64,000 bases of DNA, taken from positions 19,062-83,061 of the forward strand of contig CAWFFJ010000041.1 of the NCBI GenBank assembly GCA_963814875.1, in the 5' to 3' direction. Positions 28,231-38,146 of this stretch are shown here, one piece after another. Under the pieces are notes generated by a model, which was not told the DNA's origin, ran no database searches, and saw nothing but the letters and a program-made list of their open reading frames with translations. Positions within the stretch are counted from its first letter, which is position 1; every line of letters starts with the position of its first letter. Both the position numbers and the translations under genes were made by a program. Source of the DNA: an uncultured Acidobacteriota bacterium. GTDB taxonomy: Bacteria > Acidobacteriota > Thermoanaerobaculia > Thermoanaerobaculales > Sulfomarinibacteraceae.

Positions 28231-29160
28231 GTGACGGGGTTGAAGGCGGTGCCTCCACGACCACGGTGGCGGGTCCTGGTGGTCGAGGACGACCCACTCA
28301 GCCGCGAGCTGATCTCTGAGTACCTCGAGAGCGGTCCGTACGAGGTCGCCACCGCCTGTGATGGCGTCGACGCCTGGCACCGCCTCGAGAACGACGCCGG
28401 TTTCGACGTCGTGGTGCTCGACCTCATGATGCCCCGCCTCGGCGGGCTCGAGCTCCTCGCCCGAATGAAGGAGCACGCCCGACTCCACCACGTGCCGGTG
28501 ATCGTGGAAACCGCCGCCGCGGACCGGGCCGACATCGCTGAGGGGATCCGAGCCGGTGCCCACTACTACCTGACCAAGCCGCTCGATGGCTCGGTGCTTG
28601 AGTCGATGGTGCGCGCCGCCGCGACCGACCACGACCGCGTCCGGCGGCTGCTGGCCGAGGTCCGGCTCTCCGCGGACGCGATCCGATTGCTCGAGACGGG
28701 CCACTTCGAATTTCGCACCCCAGAGCAGGCGACAGGGCTCGGCGCCCTGCTGGCCAAGGCCTGTCCCGACCCCGAACGGGTCGTGGTGGGGCTCACGGAG
28801 CTGCTGGTCAACGCTGTCGAGCACGGCAACCTCGAGATCGACTACGAGCTCAAGGGGGAGCTTCTCAAGGTCGGACGGTGGGCGGACGAGATTCGGAGTC
28901 GGCTCGAGCAGCCGCACCTCCGGGACCGCGCTGCAAGTGTTCGGCTGGAACGAAGCCCGAGCGGGCTCACGTTTGTCATCCGCGACCAGGGCAGAGGTTT
29001 CGACCCACGGCCTTACCTGGCCATCGACCCACAGAGGTGCTTCGACAACCACGGCCGCGGGATCGCGATCGCCAACCTGATGAGCTTCGACCGCCTCGAG
29101 TACCGCGACGATGGGCGCGAGGTCGTCGCGTTCCTGGATTCAGCGCCGGCGGGACGGTGA
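28231..29160 (+). CDS. response-regulator receiver fused to an RsbW/SpoIIAB-like (HATPase_c_2) ATPase/kinase domain
   Basis: In the frame of ORF 28048..29160, with GTG 28231 as the suggested start. REC: RVLVVEDDPLSRELI...DVVVLDLMMPRLGG...LTKPL. ATPase N-box LTELLVNAVEHGN, G1 IRDQGRGFD, G2 GRGIAI. Confidence 0.82.
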   Translation: MTGLKAVPPRPRWRVLVVEDDPLSRELISEYLESGPYEVATACDGVDAWHRLENDAGFDVVVLDLMMPRLGGLELLARMKEHARLHHVPVIVETAAADRADIAEGIRAGAHYYLTKPLDGSVLESMVRAAATDHDRVRRLLAEVRLSADAIRLLETGHFEFRTPEQATGLGALLAKACPDPERVVVGLTELLVNAVEHGNLEIDYELKGELLKVGRWADEIRSRLEQPHLRDRAASVRLERSPSGLTFVIRDQGRGFDPRPYLAIDPQRCFDNHGRGIAIANLMSFDRLEYRDDGREVVAFLDSAPAGR

Positions 29161-29297
29161 CCGGCCCGTGTTGCGATCAGCACTCAAAATTAATGAGGAT
29201 ATACTCGCTCCTGGTCTCTTCCGGAAACCGGCGGCCGGCCGTCGATGTACAGCAGTCAGGTCGCCGCTGCAACATGCTCCGGGATCGGGAGGTTGTC

Positions 29298-31103
29298 ATG
29301 GGGAAGGCTGCCTCGTTTCTGCGCCGTCGAAACCGGGACACTGACCGCCGGATCCGCCTGGGCTTGGCGAGCTGTGTCGCGCTGATCACGCTCTCGAGCG
29401 CGGGCATGGCTCAGGAGACCATTGTCGAATCGAACAAGTTCTTCGACGTGATCAAGGTCAACGTGGTCAACGTCGAGACCTTCGTCACCGGGCGTGACGG
29501 AAAACCGATCCTCGGGCTGACCCCGGACGACTTCGAGATCACGGTCGACGGGAAGCCGGTCGCAATCCGGAACTTCTTCACCGTCGAGGGCGCCCGCGTC
29601 CGTCAGCTCGAGCTCGCCGAGCATGCCGGGATCGAGCCCCGGGACGTGGCCACGGCCGACCTCCCCGACTACCAACGCCTCAACCTGATCGTTTACGTGG
29701 ACAACTCGGCCATTCAGCCACGCTCGCGCAACCGCGTTCTCGGGCAGCTGAAGAAGCTGCTGGGCAGCGAGTTCAGCCGCGACGACCGGGTGATGGTCGC
29801 CACCCAGGGTTCGCGCCTCGACATCCGTCATAGCTTCTCGGATCCGCCCGAGCAGCTCGGGCAGGTACTCGACACCATGGCCCACGAGGTCGGCAAGGGC
29901 GGGTTGTTCGACAACGACCGCACCTTCATCCTCCGCACTATGGAGCGCACGGACACCACGACACCTCAGAGAGGTTCGGGCCAGGACACCCGTGTCGACG
30001 AGGCGAAGGCACTCCTGCAGGACATCGAGGGCTGGTGCCAGTACAAGTACGAGGTGACCCGGGCATCGATCCGGACCTTGCGCCAGCTGGTCGACTCGCT
30101 CGCCGGTCTGCCCGGTCGCAAGGCGGTCATGTACGTCGGCGAGGGCGTCTCGATGCGCATCGGAGAGCCGCTCTTCGAGGCCTGGGTGAACAAGTTCTCG
30201 CGGATGTTGACGACGGTCTCGGACGTGCCGATCGAGCTGCGCGCCATGACCCCGCAGGTCGCCGCTGCTCGGTACAACATCCGACCGTTTTTCATCGACC
30301 TCGCCAACCGCGCCAACGCGAACCGCGTCACCCTGTACGCGGTCGACGCGTCCCAGGGTGCGATCGAAAGCTACGTCACCGCGTCGAACCCGGGCTACGA
30401 GGGCGGGTCACAGCTCTCCGTGATGCAGGCGTTCGGCGACCAGGAAGCGCTGCAGTTTCTCGCCGGGACCACGGGCGGTCGCCACATCACCAACCTCGAA
30501 AACGTCGCCCTGGCTCTCGATCAGCTCAAGGCCGACTTTGAGAGCTACTACTCGCTCGGTTTCTCCCCGTCCGGAGAACCCGACGGCAACTACCACCGCA
30601 TCAGGGTCTCAGTGAAGCGCGACGGCGCTACCGTGCGGCACCGAGAGGGCTTCCGCGCGAAGTCGGCGGACGAGTTCATGTCCGACCGGACGCTCTCCGC
30701 GGTCTTTCTCGGGGTGACCGCCAACCCTCTCAATATCGCGCTCGAGACCGGCATCGCCCACCGCGATGCCGCCAACGGCGAGTACCTGCTCCCGGTCAAC
30801 GTCGTCATCCCCCTCGGACGGCTGCTGCTGCTGCCCACCGAGGACGCCCAGGAAGGTCGGCTGAGCGTCTTCATCGCAGTGCGCGGCGCCGATGGCCGCT
30901 CCTCTGACGTCCAGCGGCGCGAACTCCCCCTGCGGGTCCCCAACGAGGTCGTGCTCGAGTCGGGCAACCGCAAGCTCAACTACTCGATCGACCTCATGAT
31001 GCGGGAGGGGGAGCAGACCGTCGCCGTCGGCGTCCGTGACGAGCTCGCGGAGATCGACTCCACGGTCTCCGTCGACGTGACGATCGGCAGCACCAGCGGC
31101 TAG
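29298..31103 (+). CDS. VWA domain-containing exported protein (VWFA-related Acidobacterial-type, TIGR03436-like)
   Basis: In the frame of ORF 28878..31103. ATG 29298 follows GGGAGG. Signal/TM LGLASCVALITLSSAGMAQE. Characteristic N-terminal domain (VNVVNVETFVTGRDGKPILGLTPDDFEITVDGKPVAIRNF), then a VWA-like core. Confidence 0.8.
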   Translation: MGKAASFLRRRNRDTDRRIRLGLASCVALITLSSAGMAQETIVESNKFFDVIKVNVVNVETFVTGRDGKPILGLTPDDFEITVDGKPVAIRNFFTVEGARVRQLELAEHAGIEPRDVATADLPDYQRLNLIVYVDNSAIQPRSRNRVLGQLKKLLGSEFSRDDRVMVATQGSRLDIRHSFSDPPEQLGQVLDTMAHEVGKGGLFDNDRTFILRTMERTDTTTPQRGSGQDTRVDEAKALLQDIEGWCQYKYEVTRASIRTLRQLVDSLAGLPGRKAVMYVGEGVSMRIGEPLFEAWVNKFSRMLTTVSDVPIELRAMTPQVAAARYNIRPFFIDLANRANANRVTLYAVDASQGAIESYVTASNPGYEGGSQLSVMQAFGDQEALQFLAGTTGGRHITNLENVALALDQLKADFESYYSLGFSPSGEPDGNYHRIRVSVKRDGATVRHREGFRAKSADEFMSDRTLSAVFLGVTANPLNIALETGIAHRDAANGEYLLPVNVVIPLGRLLLLPTEDAQEGRLSVFIAVRGADGRSSDVQRRELPLRVPNEVVLESGNRKLNYSIDLMMREGEQTVAVGVRDELAEIDSTVSVDVTIGSTSG

Positions 31104-31371
31104 AGGCCCGGCCGGGAACCCACCGCGAAGCGAGAATCGAGACGAGGCGTGAGAAGCGGCGCCGGAAGGGCGCAGGTCCTCACGTCGTCCCACCGCCCTG
31201 CGTCCGCCGTCACGGCCGGAGATCCGGCACACAGCGTCCTGGACCGCTCTTCAGCCCCGAGAGACCACAGGCCCTGCCCCTCACAGGGGCCGACCCTCGC
31301 CCGCTCGGCATCCGCGGCGGAGGCGCGATGCTAGACTTTCGGGACCCCTTTGGGGCCAGGAGACAGTGATC

Positions 31372-33996
31372 ATGACCGAACCAACCCTGGACACGCGCTA
31401 CGAACCCCTGAGCTTCGAGCGCGGCTGGTACGAGCGCTGGGAGGCGTCCGGTGCGTTTGCGCCCGAGCTGCCGTCCACCAAACCCCCGTTCTGTATCGTC
31501 ATTCCTCCGCCCAACGTCACCGGCAAGCTGCACATCGGCCACGCCCTCCAGTTCACGCTCCAGGACCTTGTGATCCGCTGGCGGCGGATGCAGGGCTACA
31601 ACGCTCTGTGGCTGCCGGGAACCGACCATGCCGGCATCGCAACCCAGGTAATGGTCGAGCGTCAGCTCGCGCGCGAGGGACTGTCGCGCCAGGAGCTCGG
31701 CCGGGACGCCTTCCTCGAGCGCATGTGGGCGTGGAAGGTGGAGCACAAGGACAACATCTCGGTGCAGGCGAAGGCCCTTGGATCTTCGTGCGACTGGGGC
31801 CGGGAACGTTTCACCCTCGACGAGGGACTGTCGCAGGCAGTGCTGCACTCCTTCGTGACGCTCCACGAGCAGGGCCTGATCTACCGCGACCGCCGCCTGA
31901 TCAACTGGTGCGTGCGATGCCACACGGCGTTGTCCGACCTCGAGGTGGTCCACCAGGACGTCCAGGGCCGGCTCACGGACTTCGCCTACCCGATCGAGGA
32001 GGGTGGTGAGATCGTCGTCTCCACCACCCGGCCGGAGACGATGCTCGGCGACACCGCGATCGCCGTTCATCCCGACGACCCGCGCTACCGCCATCTGGTC
32101 GGCCACTTCGCCCGCCACCCCTTCCTCGACCGGCGAATCCCGATCGTTGCCGACGCCGAGCTGGTCGATCCGGAGTTCGGAACCGGCGCGGTCAAGGTGA
32201 CCCCGGCCCACGATCCGAACGACTTCGCCACCGGCATCCGCCACGGCCTCGAGTTCATCTCGATTCTCGATGAGGACGGACGCATCAGCGCCACCGGCGG
32301 GCGGTTCGCGGGTCAGGACCGCCTCGAGGCTCGGCGCTCGGTGGTTGAGGCGCTCGACGCCGGCGGGCTGCTGCGCGGCGGCCGTGAACACGCGATGGCG
32401 GTCGGCTGCTGCCAGCGCTGCGAGACCGTGCTCGAGCCCTATCTGTCGACCCAGTGGTTCGTGCGCACCAAGCCGCTTGCCGAGAAGGCGTTGGCGGCGG
32501 TAGCGAGCGGACGCATCACCCTGGTGCCGGACTTCTGGATAGCGACCTACAACCACTGGCTCGAGAACATCCAGGACTGGTGCATCTCCCGCCAGCTGTG
32601 GTGGGGTCACCGGATCCCGGTATGGTACGACGCCGAAGGCAACGACTACGTCGGCTCGAGCGAGGACGACGCGCGCGCGCGCCACAGTCTCGCGCCCGAC
32701 CTGCCGCTGGACCAGGATCCGGACGTCCTCGACACCTGGTTTTCGTCCGGGCTGTGGCCGTTCTCGACCCTCGGCTGGCCGAACGCGAGCGCCGACCTCG
32801 CCACGTTCTATCCAACCTCGGTGCTGATCACGGGGTTCGACATCCTGTTCTTCTGGGTCGCTCGGATGATCATGATGGGCTGCCACCTGGCGGGCGACAT
32901 CCCGTTCCACACCGTCCACCTCACCGGCCTGGTCCGCGACGCCCAGGGCCAGAAGATGTCGAAGACCAAGGGCAACACCATCGACCCGCTCGAGGTCTGT
33001 GCCGCCTACGGCGCCGACGCAGTCCGCTTCACCCTTGCCGCGCTCGCGTCGCCCGGGCGCGACCTCCCGCTCGACCTCAAGCGCATGGAGGGTTACCGCG
33101 GGTTTGCGACCAAGGTCTGGAACGCGGCGCGCTTCGTCCAGATGCAGCTCGTCGGCGACGAGATTCAGCTCGCCGAGCTCGACCTCGAGCAGCTCGCACC
33201 GACCGAGCGCTGGATCCTGTCGCGGCTGTCGCACACCGTGCGCGCCGTCAACCGCGCCTGGGAGACCTACCGCTTCGACGAGGGCGCCCACCAGCTCTAC
33301 CACTTCGTCTGGCATACCTACTGCGACTGGTATCTCGAGCTCGCCAAGACCACAGCCGACCGCCGCGAGGTGCGGTCGGTACTGCGGGGCGTGCTGCTCG
33401 AGGCCCTCGCTCTGCTGCACCCGGTGATGCCGTTCATCACCGAGGAGATCGCCGCCAAGCTCGGACACCAGGGCATGCTGATCACTACGCGCTACCCCGA
33501 GCCGACACCCGCATGGGAGGACGACGAGCTCGAGGCCGACCTCGAGACCCTGCAGGCGCTGGTGGGCGGGTTGCGCTCCTACCGCTCGCTGCTCGGGCTC
33601 TCACCGCGCAATCCGATCGCGGTCACGCTGGTCGACGCCGACGCCCATCGCGCCGGTTTCCTGCGCAGCCAGGCGGTCCAGCTCGAACGGCTCGCCGCCG
33701 TGCCTGCGGTCTCGGTCGGCCCCGCACCCGAGCACTCGGTCCACGAGCTGCTCGGCGGGCTCGAGGTCGCGCTCGCGTTTCCCGAGGGCTCGATCGGCGC
33801 CGAGCAGCGCGAGCGGATCGCCAAGGAGGTCGCGAGCCTCGAGCGCGAGGGTCAGGGCCACGAGGCCCGGCTCTCCAACCCGGGCTTCACCTCCAAGGCG
33901 CCGCCCGAGGTCGTCGAGGGCGCGCGCACGCGGCTCGCGGAGGTCCGCACACGCCTCGAACGGTTGCGACGAACCCTGGACGCGGTGTCCGGGTGA
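31372..33996 (+). CDS. valS: valine--tRNA ligase
   Basis: ORF 31366..33996. HIGH motif (PPPNVTGKLHIGHAL), KMSKS motif (GQKMSKTKGN), C-terminal coiled coil. ATG 31372 preferred because AGGAGA lies 8 nt upstream. Confidence 0.95.
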   Translation: MTEPTLDTRYEPLSFERGWYERWEASGAFAPELPSTKPPFCIVIPPPNVTGKLHIGHALQFTLQDLVIRWRRMQGYNALWLPGTDHAGIATQVMVERQLAREGLSRQELGRDAFLERMWAWKVEHKDNISVQAKALGSSCDWGRERFTLDEGLSQAVLHSFVTLHEQGLIYRDRRLINWCVRCHTALSDLEVVHQDVQGRLTDFAYPIEEGGEIVVSTTRPETMLGDTAIAVHPDDPRYRHLVGHFARHPFLDRRIPIVADAELVDPEFGTGAVKVTPAHDPNDFATGIRHGLEFISILDEDGRISATGGRFAGQDRLEARRSVVEALDAGGLLRGGREHAMAVGCCQRCETVLEPYLSTQWFVRTKPLAEKALAAVASGRITLVPDFWIATYNHWLENIQDWCISRQLWWGHRIPVWYDAEGNDYVGSSEDDARARHSLAPDLPLDQDPDVLDTWFSSGLWPFSTLGWPNASADLATFYPTSVLITGFDILFFWVARMIMMGCHLAGDIPFHTVHLTGLVRDAQGQKMSKTKGNTIDPLEVCAAYGADAVRFTLAALASPGRDLPLDLKRMEGYRGFATKVWNAARFVQMQLVGDEIQLAELDLEQLAPTERWILSRLSHTVRAVNRAWETYRFDEGAHQLYHFVWHTYCDWYLELAKTTADRREVRSVLRGVLLEALALLHPVMPFITEEIAAKLGHQGMLITTRYPEPTPAWEDDELEADLETLQALVGGLRSYRSLLGLSPRNPIAVTLVDADAHRAGFLRSQAVQLERLAAVPAVSVGPAPEHSVHELLGGLEVALAFPEGSIGAEQRERIAKEVASLEREGQGHEARLSNPGFTSKAPPEVVEGARTRLAEVRTRLERLRRTLDAVSG

Positions 33997-34811
33997 TGGA
34001 CCTGCTGGCGCGCCTGTGGACCTCCCTCGGCGCAGCCGCCGACAACCTGGTCTACCTCTCGCTCGCCGACTCGACCCACGCCGCCGCAGGAAGACTCATC
34101 GACGAGGTCGACGACGAGGAGGCAACCCTCGGTCCGACCGTTCTGGTCGCCGGTCGGCAGTCGGCCGGTCGCGGCCGCGGTGATCACACTTGGTCCTCAC
34201 CAGAGGGCGGCCTCTACCTCACCTGGCTGTCCACCGGCGTGCCGTCTGCCCGAGCCATGCATCTGCCAATGGTGGCCGCGGCCGCGGTGTGGCAGGCACT
34301 GGCAGCCGTCAGCCTCGAAGGCCACGGCGTCAAGTGGCCGAATGACATTCTCCACGGCGGCCGCAAGCTCGCCGGACTCCTGGTCACGGCCCGCCATGGG
34401 GCGCCCCACTGGGTGACCGTGAGCCTCGGAGTGAACCTCGCCTCCGCGCCCGACCTCGGCCCGAGCGCAGCCTACCCCGCAGGGAGCATCACCGACATCC
34501 TCGGTCCGCGCGAGTGGACCGAGTGGGCCGAGCCGATCATCACGACCTTCGTCGCCGAGCTCGCACGAGGCATTGCGGAGCCCGCGCCGGCGTTGCAGCA
34601 GTGGCGCGAGGCGCTGGTCCACCAGCTCGGAGACAGCGTTGCGGTTCGCCTCGCCTCCGGCGAAACGATTCGCGGTCGCTACCGGGGCGTCACCGCGGAC
34701 GGCTTCCTGCGCCTGGCAAGCGACGGCGCCGAGCGGATCATCTCGACTGGCGACGTGTTCCCTGCGCTCGACGCCCCGACGTCGGGCCCCGGCGGCACGG
34801 AAGAGGCTTGA
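33996..34811 (+). CDS. birA: biotin--[acetyl-CoA-carboxylase] ligase
   Basis: In the frame of ORF 32454..34811. ATG overlaps the valS stop (TGATG). GRQSAGRGRGDHTWSSPEGGLYLT...KWPNDILHGGRKLAGLL. No N-terminal HTH domain. Confidence 0.85.
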   Translation: MDLLARLWTSLGAAADNLVYLSLADSTHAAAGRLIDEVDDEEATLGPTVLVAGRQSAGRGRGDHTWSSPEGGLYLTWLSTGVPSARAMHLPMVAAAAVWQALAAVSLEGHGVKWPNDILHGGRKLAGLLVTARHGAPHWVTVSLGVNLASAPDLGPSAAYPAGSITDILGPREWTEWAEPIITTFVAELARGIAEPAPALQQWREALVHQLGDSVAVRLASGETIRGRYRGVTADGFLRLASDGAERIISTGDVFPALDAPTSGPGGTEEA

Positions 34812-34837
34812 CCCACACTCGTCGCCAGGCTTCCATA

Positions 34838-34856
34838 GCGGCGCGTGATGCGCCGC
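34838..34856 (+). terminator. stem-loop after birA
   Basis: GCGGCGC-GTGAT-GCGCCGC followed by ACTGAGCGGTTTCTTCT. It lies between convergent genes. Confidence 0.4.
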
Positions 34857-34884
34857 ACTGAGCGGTTTCTTCTCGCCGCGGGAC

Positions 34885-35511
34885 TCATTCGTCGTCGTCC
34901 TCCGAGGCTTCACCCCGGACCCCTTCGAGACCCTCGCGAATGAGCCACGGCGCCATTGCGAGTGCCGCGACCGGATCGGCCCACCACCAGCCGAGGGCGG
35001 CGTTCAGCCCGAGCCCCAGGAGCAGGGTCAAGGACAGGTAGGAGCAGGCCAGGGTCTCCTTGGCTTCGGCGGCGAGGGCGCGGCTGCCCAGGCGCCGCGC
35101 GGCGCGCAGCTTGCCCCACGCGACCAGGGGCATGACCACCAGCGACGCGACGGCGAGGATGATGCCGACCAGGCTCTCGGCTGCGGCCTCGCGGCGCCAC
35201 AGCCCCCATCCCGCCTCGGCCGTGACGTACAACGCGAGCAGCAGGAAGGTGATGCCGATGATGCGGTGGACCGCACGCTCGCTGGCCTCCACGCGCTCGT
35301 GGTCGGCGCCCTGAGCCTCGACCGACAGCCGCCACAGCAGCGCCGCCGCCGCAATCAGCTCGATGACGCTGTCGAGGCCGAACCCGATCAGGGCGATCGA
35401 GTCGGCGACGATGCCGGACCACAGCGCCACGCCGGCCTCGATCGCGTTGTACGCAGCGGTGGCGACCACCAGGCCGAGCGCGATCCGTCGCCAGCGGGCG
35501 TGGTCGGGCAC
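34885..35511 (-). CDS. cation diffusion facilitator-like cation transporter (TM domain only)
   Basis: 208 aa, six predicted TM helices. SIALIGFGLDSVIE and ADPVAAL motifs as in Cation_efflux proteins. Acidic tail. Confidence 0.7.
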   Translation of the reverse strand: MPDHARWRRIALGLVVATAAYNAIEAGVALWSGIVADSIALIGFGLDSVIELIAAAALLWRLSVEAQGADHERVEASERAVHRIIGITFLLLALYVTAEAGWGLWRREAAAESLVGIILAVASLVVMPLVAWGKLRAARRLGSRALAAEAKETLACSYLSLTLLLGLGLNAALGWWWADPVAALAMAPWLIREGLEGVRGEASEDDDE

Positions 35512-35512
35512 C

Positions 35513-37297
35513 TCAGCCGCCTGTGGCCCGCCGCAGTCGCCCCAGAAAGCGCTCGGGCGGCTCGAAGCCGGTAATCCGGAACCGCTCCACGCCGCCGTTC
35601 CAGACCACTACGGTCGGTACGCCGCGGACGTCAAACTCCTCCTGGAGTGCCTGGTTGGCGGCGTTGGCGCGGGTGAGGTCGACCTTGAACCGGGTGAAGC
35701 CGTCGAGCATGTCGCCCACCGCCGGGTCGGCAAACGTGACCCCGTCGAGCTCTTTGCACGGCGCACACCAGTCGGCCGCGAAGTCGACGATCACCGGTCC
35801 GCCGGCGGCAACTGCGGCCGAGACCGAGCTCGCCTCGTAGGGCGCCCATTCCAGGTGCCCGGCTGCGGCGAGCTCGCCGCCACCCCGGCGCAGCTGCACC
35901 GCAGGCGCGAGCACCACACCGATCACCAGCATCACCGCCGAGGCGACGCGCATCGATCGGTCGATGGCTGGCTGCTCGTGGCCGGTTCGGTCAATCACCA
36001 GGAGGTAGAAGGCGCCGAGGACGAGCACCACCGGCATCAGCCAGCCGCCGATCGCCGCGGGCAGCCGGGGTGCTGCAAAGTAGGCAGCCATCGCAATCAG
36101 GAGGACGCCGAACAGCCGGCGCACACCGACCATCCACATCCCCGAGGAGGGCAGCCGGTTGACCAGGCCGGTAAAGGTCCCGAGCAGCAGATAGGGCACG
36201 CCGAGACCGAGGGCGAGGGTGAAAAACACGGTGAACCCAAAAACCGGGTCACCGCGCTGGCCGACCAGGGTGAGCAGCCCGATCACGAACGGCCCGATGC
36301 AGGGCGCCGCGATGAACCCCATGATGAGACCCATCAGCAGCGCCCCGACCACGCCGGTACGTCCCCCGGAAGCGCGCTGCGCCCAGCCGGGCACGCGCAG
36401 CTCCCACAGACCGAACATCGACGCGGACAGCGCCAGCAGCACGGCGACGATGACACCGACCACCCACGGGCTCTGCAGCGCGCTGCCAAACAACGCCCCG
36501 CCGAGGGCGGCGAGCACGCCGAGCACCGAGTACGTAGCGGCGATCCCGATCACGTAGGCGAGGGCAAGCCAGAAGGTGCCCCGTGAGCGGTCCTTGGCCT
36601 GCTGAGCGAAGAACCCGATCGTGATCGGGATGAGTGGGAACACGCACGGTGTCAGGTTCAGGGCGAGCCCGCCCAGGAAGACGCCGATCAGGAGCAGTGG
36701 AAGTGACTTGGCCGCCAGCCTCCCGGCCTCCTGTGCGCCGGCGCTTTCTGCGGCCGCGGGCTGCGTCGCCGCCGTGGCGAAGAGGTCGGCGTTGGTCGGG
36801 TTGACAGCGGTTCCGGGCGGCGCGACCGTCACTTCGAAGCTCGCCGTGACGTCGGTTGGGGCCAGGCACTGGCTCGAGTTGCAGGCCTGGGCGGTGATCA
36901 CGACGCTGAGGCGGCCGGGGCCGGAGGCGTTTTCGGGCACCGTAATCGCCGCCGGGATGAGCACCCGACCCTGCCAGACCTCGATCGGTGTCTCAGAAAA
37001 GTCGAAGCGCAGCCTGTCGCCGTCGGGAAAGCTCGGCACCGGATCCAGCCAACCCGCTGGTAGCTTCCAGACGAGCGTGGTCGGGACCGAAAAGTCGTCC
37101 CCCGGCGTGTCGCTGTTGATGTGCCAGCCGCGATCGACGGTCAGAACCACGCCCAACCTCGCCGACTCGCCCGCGACCAGCGGCTCGTGCTCCGCGACCA
37201 GGCGCGCCTGGAACACGGGCTCGTCGTCGAGTCCTTGAGCGGCGGCAACGGCAATACCGAGGCAGAGCAGCAGGATCACGATCGGTATGCGCTTCAT
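35513..37297 (-). CDS. dsbD: thiol:disulfide interchange protein DsbD-like (N-terminal DsbD-alpha, DsbD/CcdA TM core, C-terminal thioredoxin)
   Basis: ORF 35513..37348. Start placed at ATG 37297 (MKRIPIVILLLCLGIAVAAAQ), after AGGGGGA. TM core with LTPCVFPLIP. Thioredoxin WCAPC. Confidence 0.88.
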   Translation of the reverse strand: MKRIPIVILLLCLGIAVAAAQGLDDEPVFQARLVAEHEPLVAGESARLGVVLTVDRGWHINSDTPGDDFSVPTTLVWKLPAGWLDPVPSFPDGDRLRFDFSETPIEVWQGRVLIPAAITVPENASGPGRLSVVITAQACNSSQCLAPTDVTASFEVTVAPPGTAVNPTNADLFATAATQPAAAESAGAQEAGRLAAKSLPLLLIGVFLGGLALNLTPCVFPLIPITIGFFAQQAKDRSRGTFWLALAYVIGIAATYSVLGVLAALGGALFGSALQSPWVVGVIVAVLLALSASMFGLWELRVPGWAQRASGGRTGVVGALLMGLIMGFIAAPCIGPFVIGLLTLVGQRGDPVFGFTVFFTLALGLGVPYLLLGTFTGLVNRLPSSGMWMVGVRRLFGVLLIAMAAYFAAPRLPAAIGGWLMPVVLVLGAFYLLVIDRTGHEQPAIDRSMRVASAVMLVIGVVLAPAVQLRRGGGELAAAGHLEWAPYEASSVSAAVAAGGPVIVDFAADWCAPCKELDGVTFADPAVGDMLDGFTRFKVDLTRANAANQALQEEFDVRGVPTVVVWNGGVERFRITGFEPPERFLGRLRRATGG

Positions 37298-37358
37298 CAG
37301 TCCCCCTGACGCCGGTGCAGAGTAGCGGCCGCGCACCGGGTGGCGCAACCGCTCCTGG

Positions 37359-38108
37359 TCACGGCTCGCTGAGCTCGGGAGCCAGCCGGCGCACCAGTCG
37401 ACGGGCCTCGTCGTCCAGCCGTCCCCAGCTCTTCTTGATCAGCTCCGGGCGGCGAGTTACGGTGAGCTCGACCGCGCGCTCCAGGCGCCAGCCGCGAACC
37501 GCCGCATGGTTGCCGGAGACGAGCACGGCGGGGACCTCGAGTCCCTCCACCACCGGCGGCCTGGTGTAGCACGGATAGTCGAGCAGACCGTTCACGAACG
37601 AGTCGGCTGCGACCGACTCCGGATCGCCGACGACGCCGGGCACCAACCGGGTGACCGCCTCGATCAGCGCCATCGCAGCGACCTCGCCGCCACCGAGCAC
37701 GAAGTCACCGAGCGAAACCTCGAGCGGGTGCAGGATCTCGTGGACGCGCTCGTCAAAACCCTCATAGCGTCCACACAGCAGGAGCACGCGGGAGTGGCGG
37801 GCGAGCTCCTCGACCAGCGCCTGGTCGAGCACCCGTCCTCGCGGCGTCAGCAGCACCCGCTGACCGGGTCCGGGCGGTGCCGCCTCTAGCGCGCGCACCG
37901 CGGCGACCACCGGCGGCGCCTGCAGCACCATCCCGGCGCCTCCGCCGTAGGGCTCGTCGTCCACCTGACCCCAACGGTTTCCCGCCCACGCCCGCAGGTC
38001 GTGCGCCTCGACCACCACGTCGCCACGTGCGACAGCGCGGCCGAGCACGCCGGTCTCACGAAAAACGTAGAGGAGGGCCGGGAAGAGCGTGAGGACATCG
38101 AAGCGCAT
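37359..38108 (-). CDS. trmD: tRNA (guanine37-N1)-methyltransferase
   Basis: In the frame of ORF 37359..38492. ATG 38108 gives MRFDVLTLFPALL...VDDEPYGGGAGMVL...LLCGRYEGFDERV...SLGDFVLGGGE. Confidence 0.93.
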   Translation of the reverse strand: MRFDVLTLFPALLYVFRETGVLGRAVARGDVVVEAHDLRAWAGNRWGQVDDEPYGGGAGMVLQAPPVVAAVRALEAAPPGPGQRVLLTPRGRVLDQALVEELARHSRVLLLCGRYEGFDERVHEILHPLEVSLGDFVLGGGEVAAMALIEAVTRLVPGVVGDPESVAADSFVNGLLDYPCYTRPPVVEGLEVPAVLVSGNHAAVRGWRLERAVELTVTRRPELIKKSWGRLDDEARRLVRRLAPELSEP

Positions 38109-38146
38109 CGGTGTTTCCGTCTCGAGGGTCGGTCGGGAGGTTGTCG

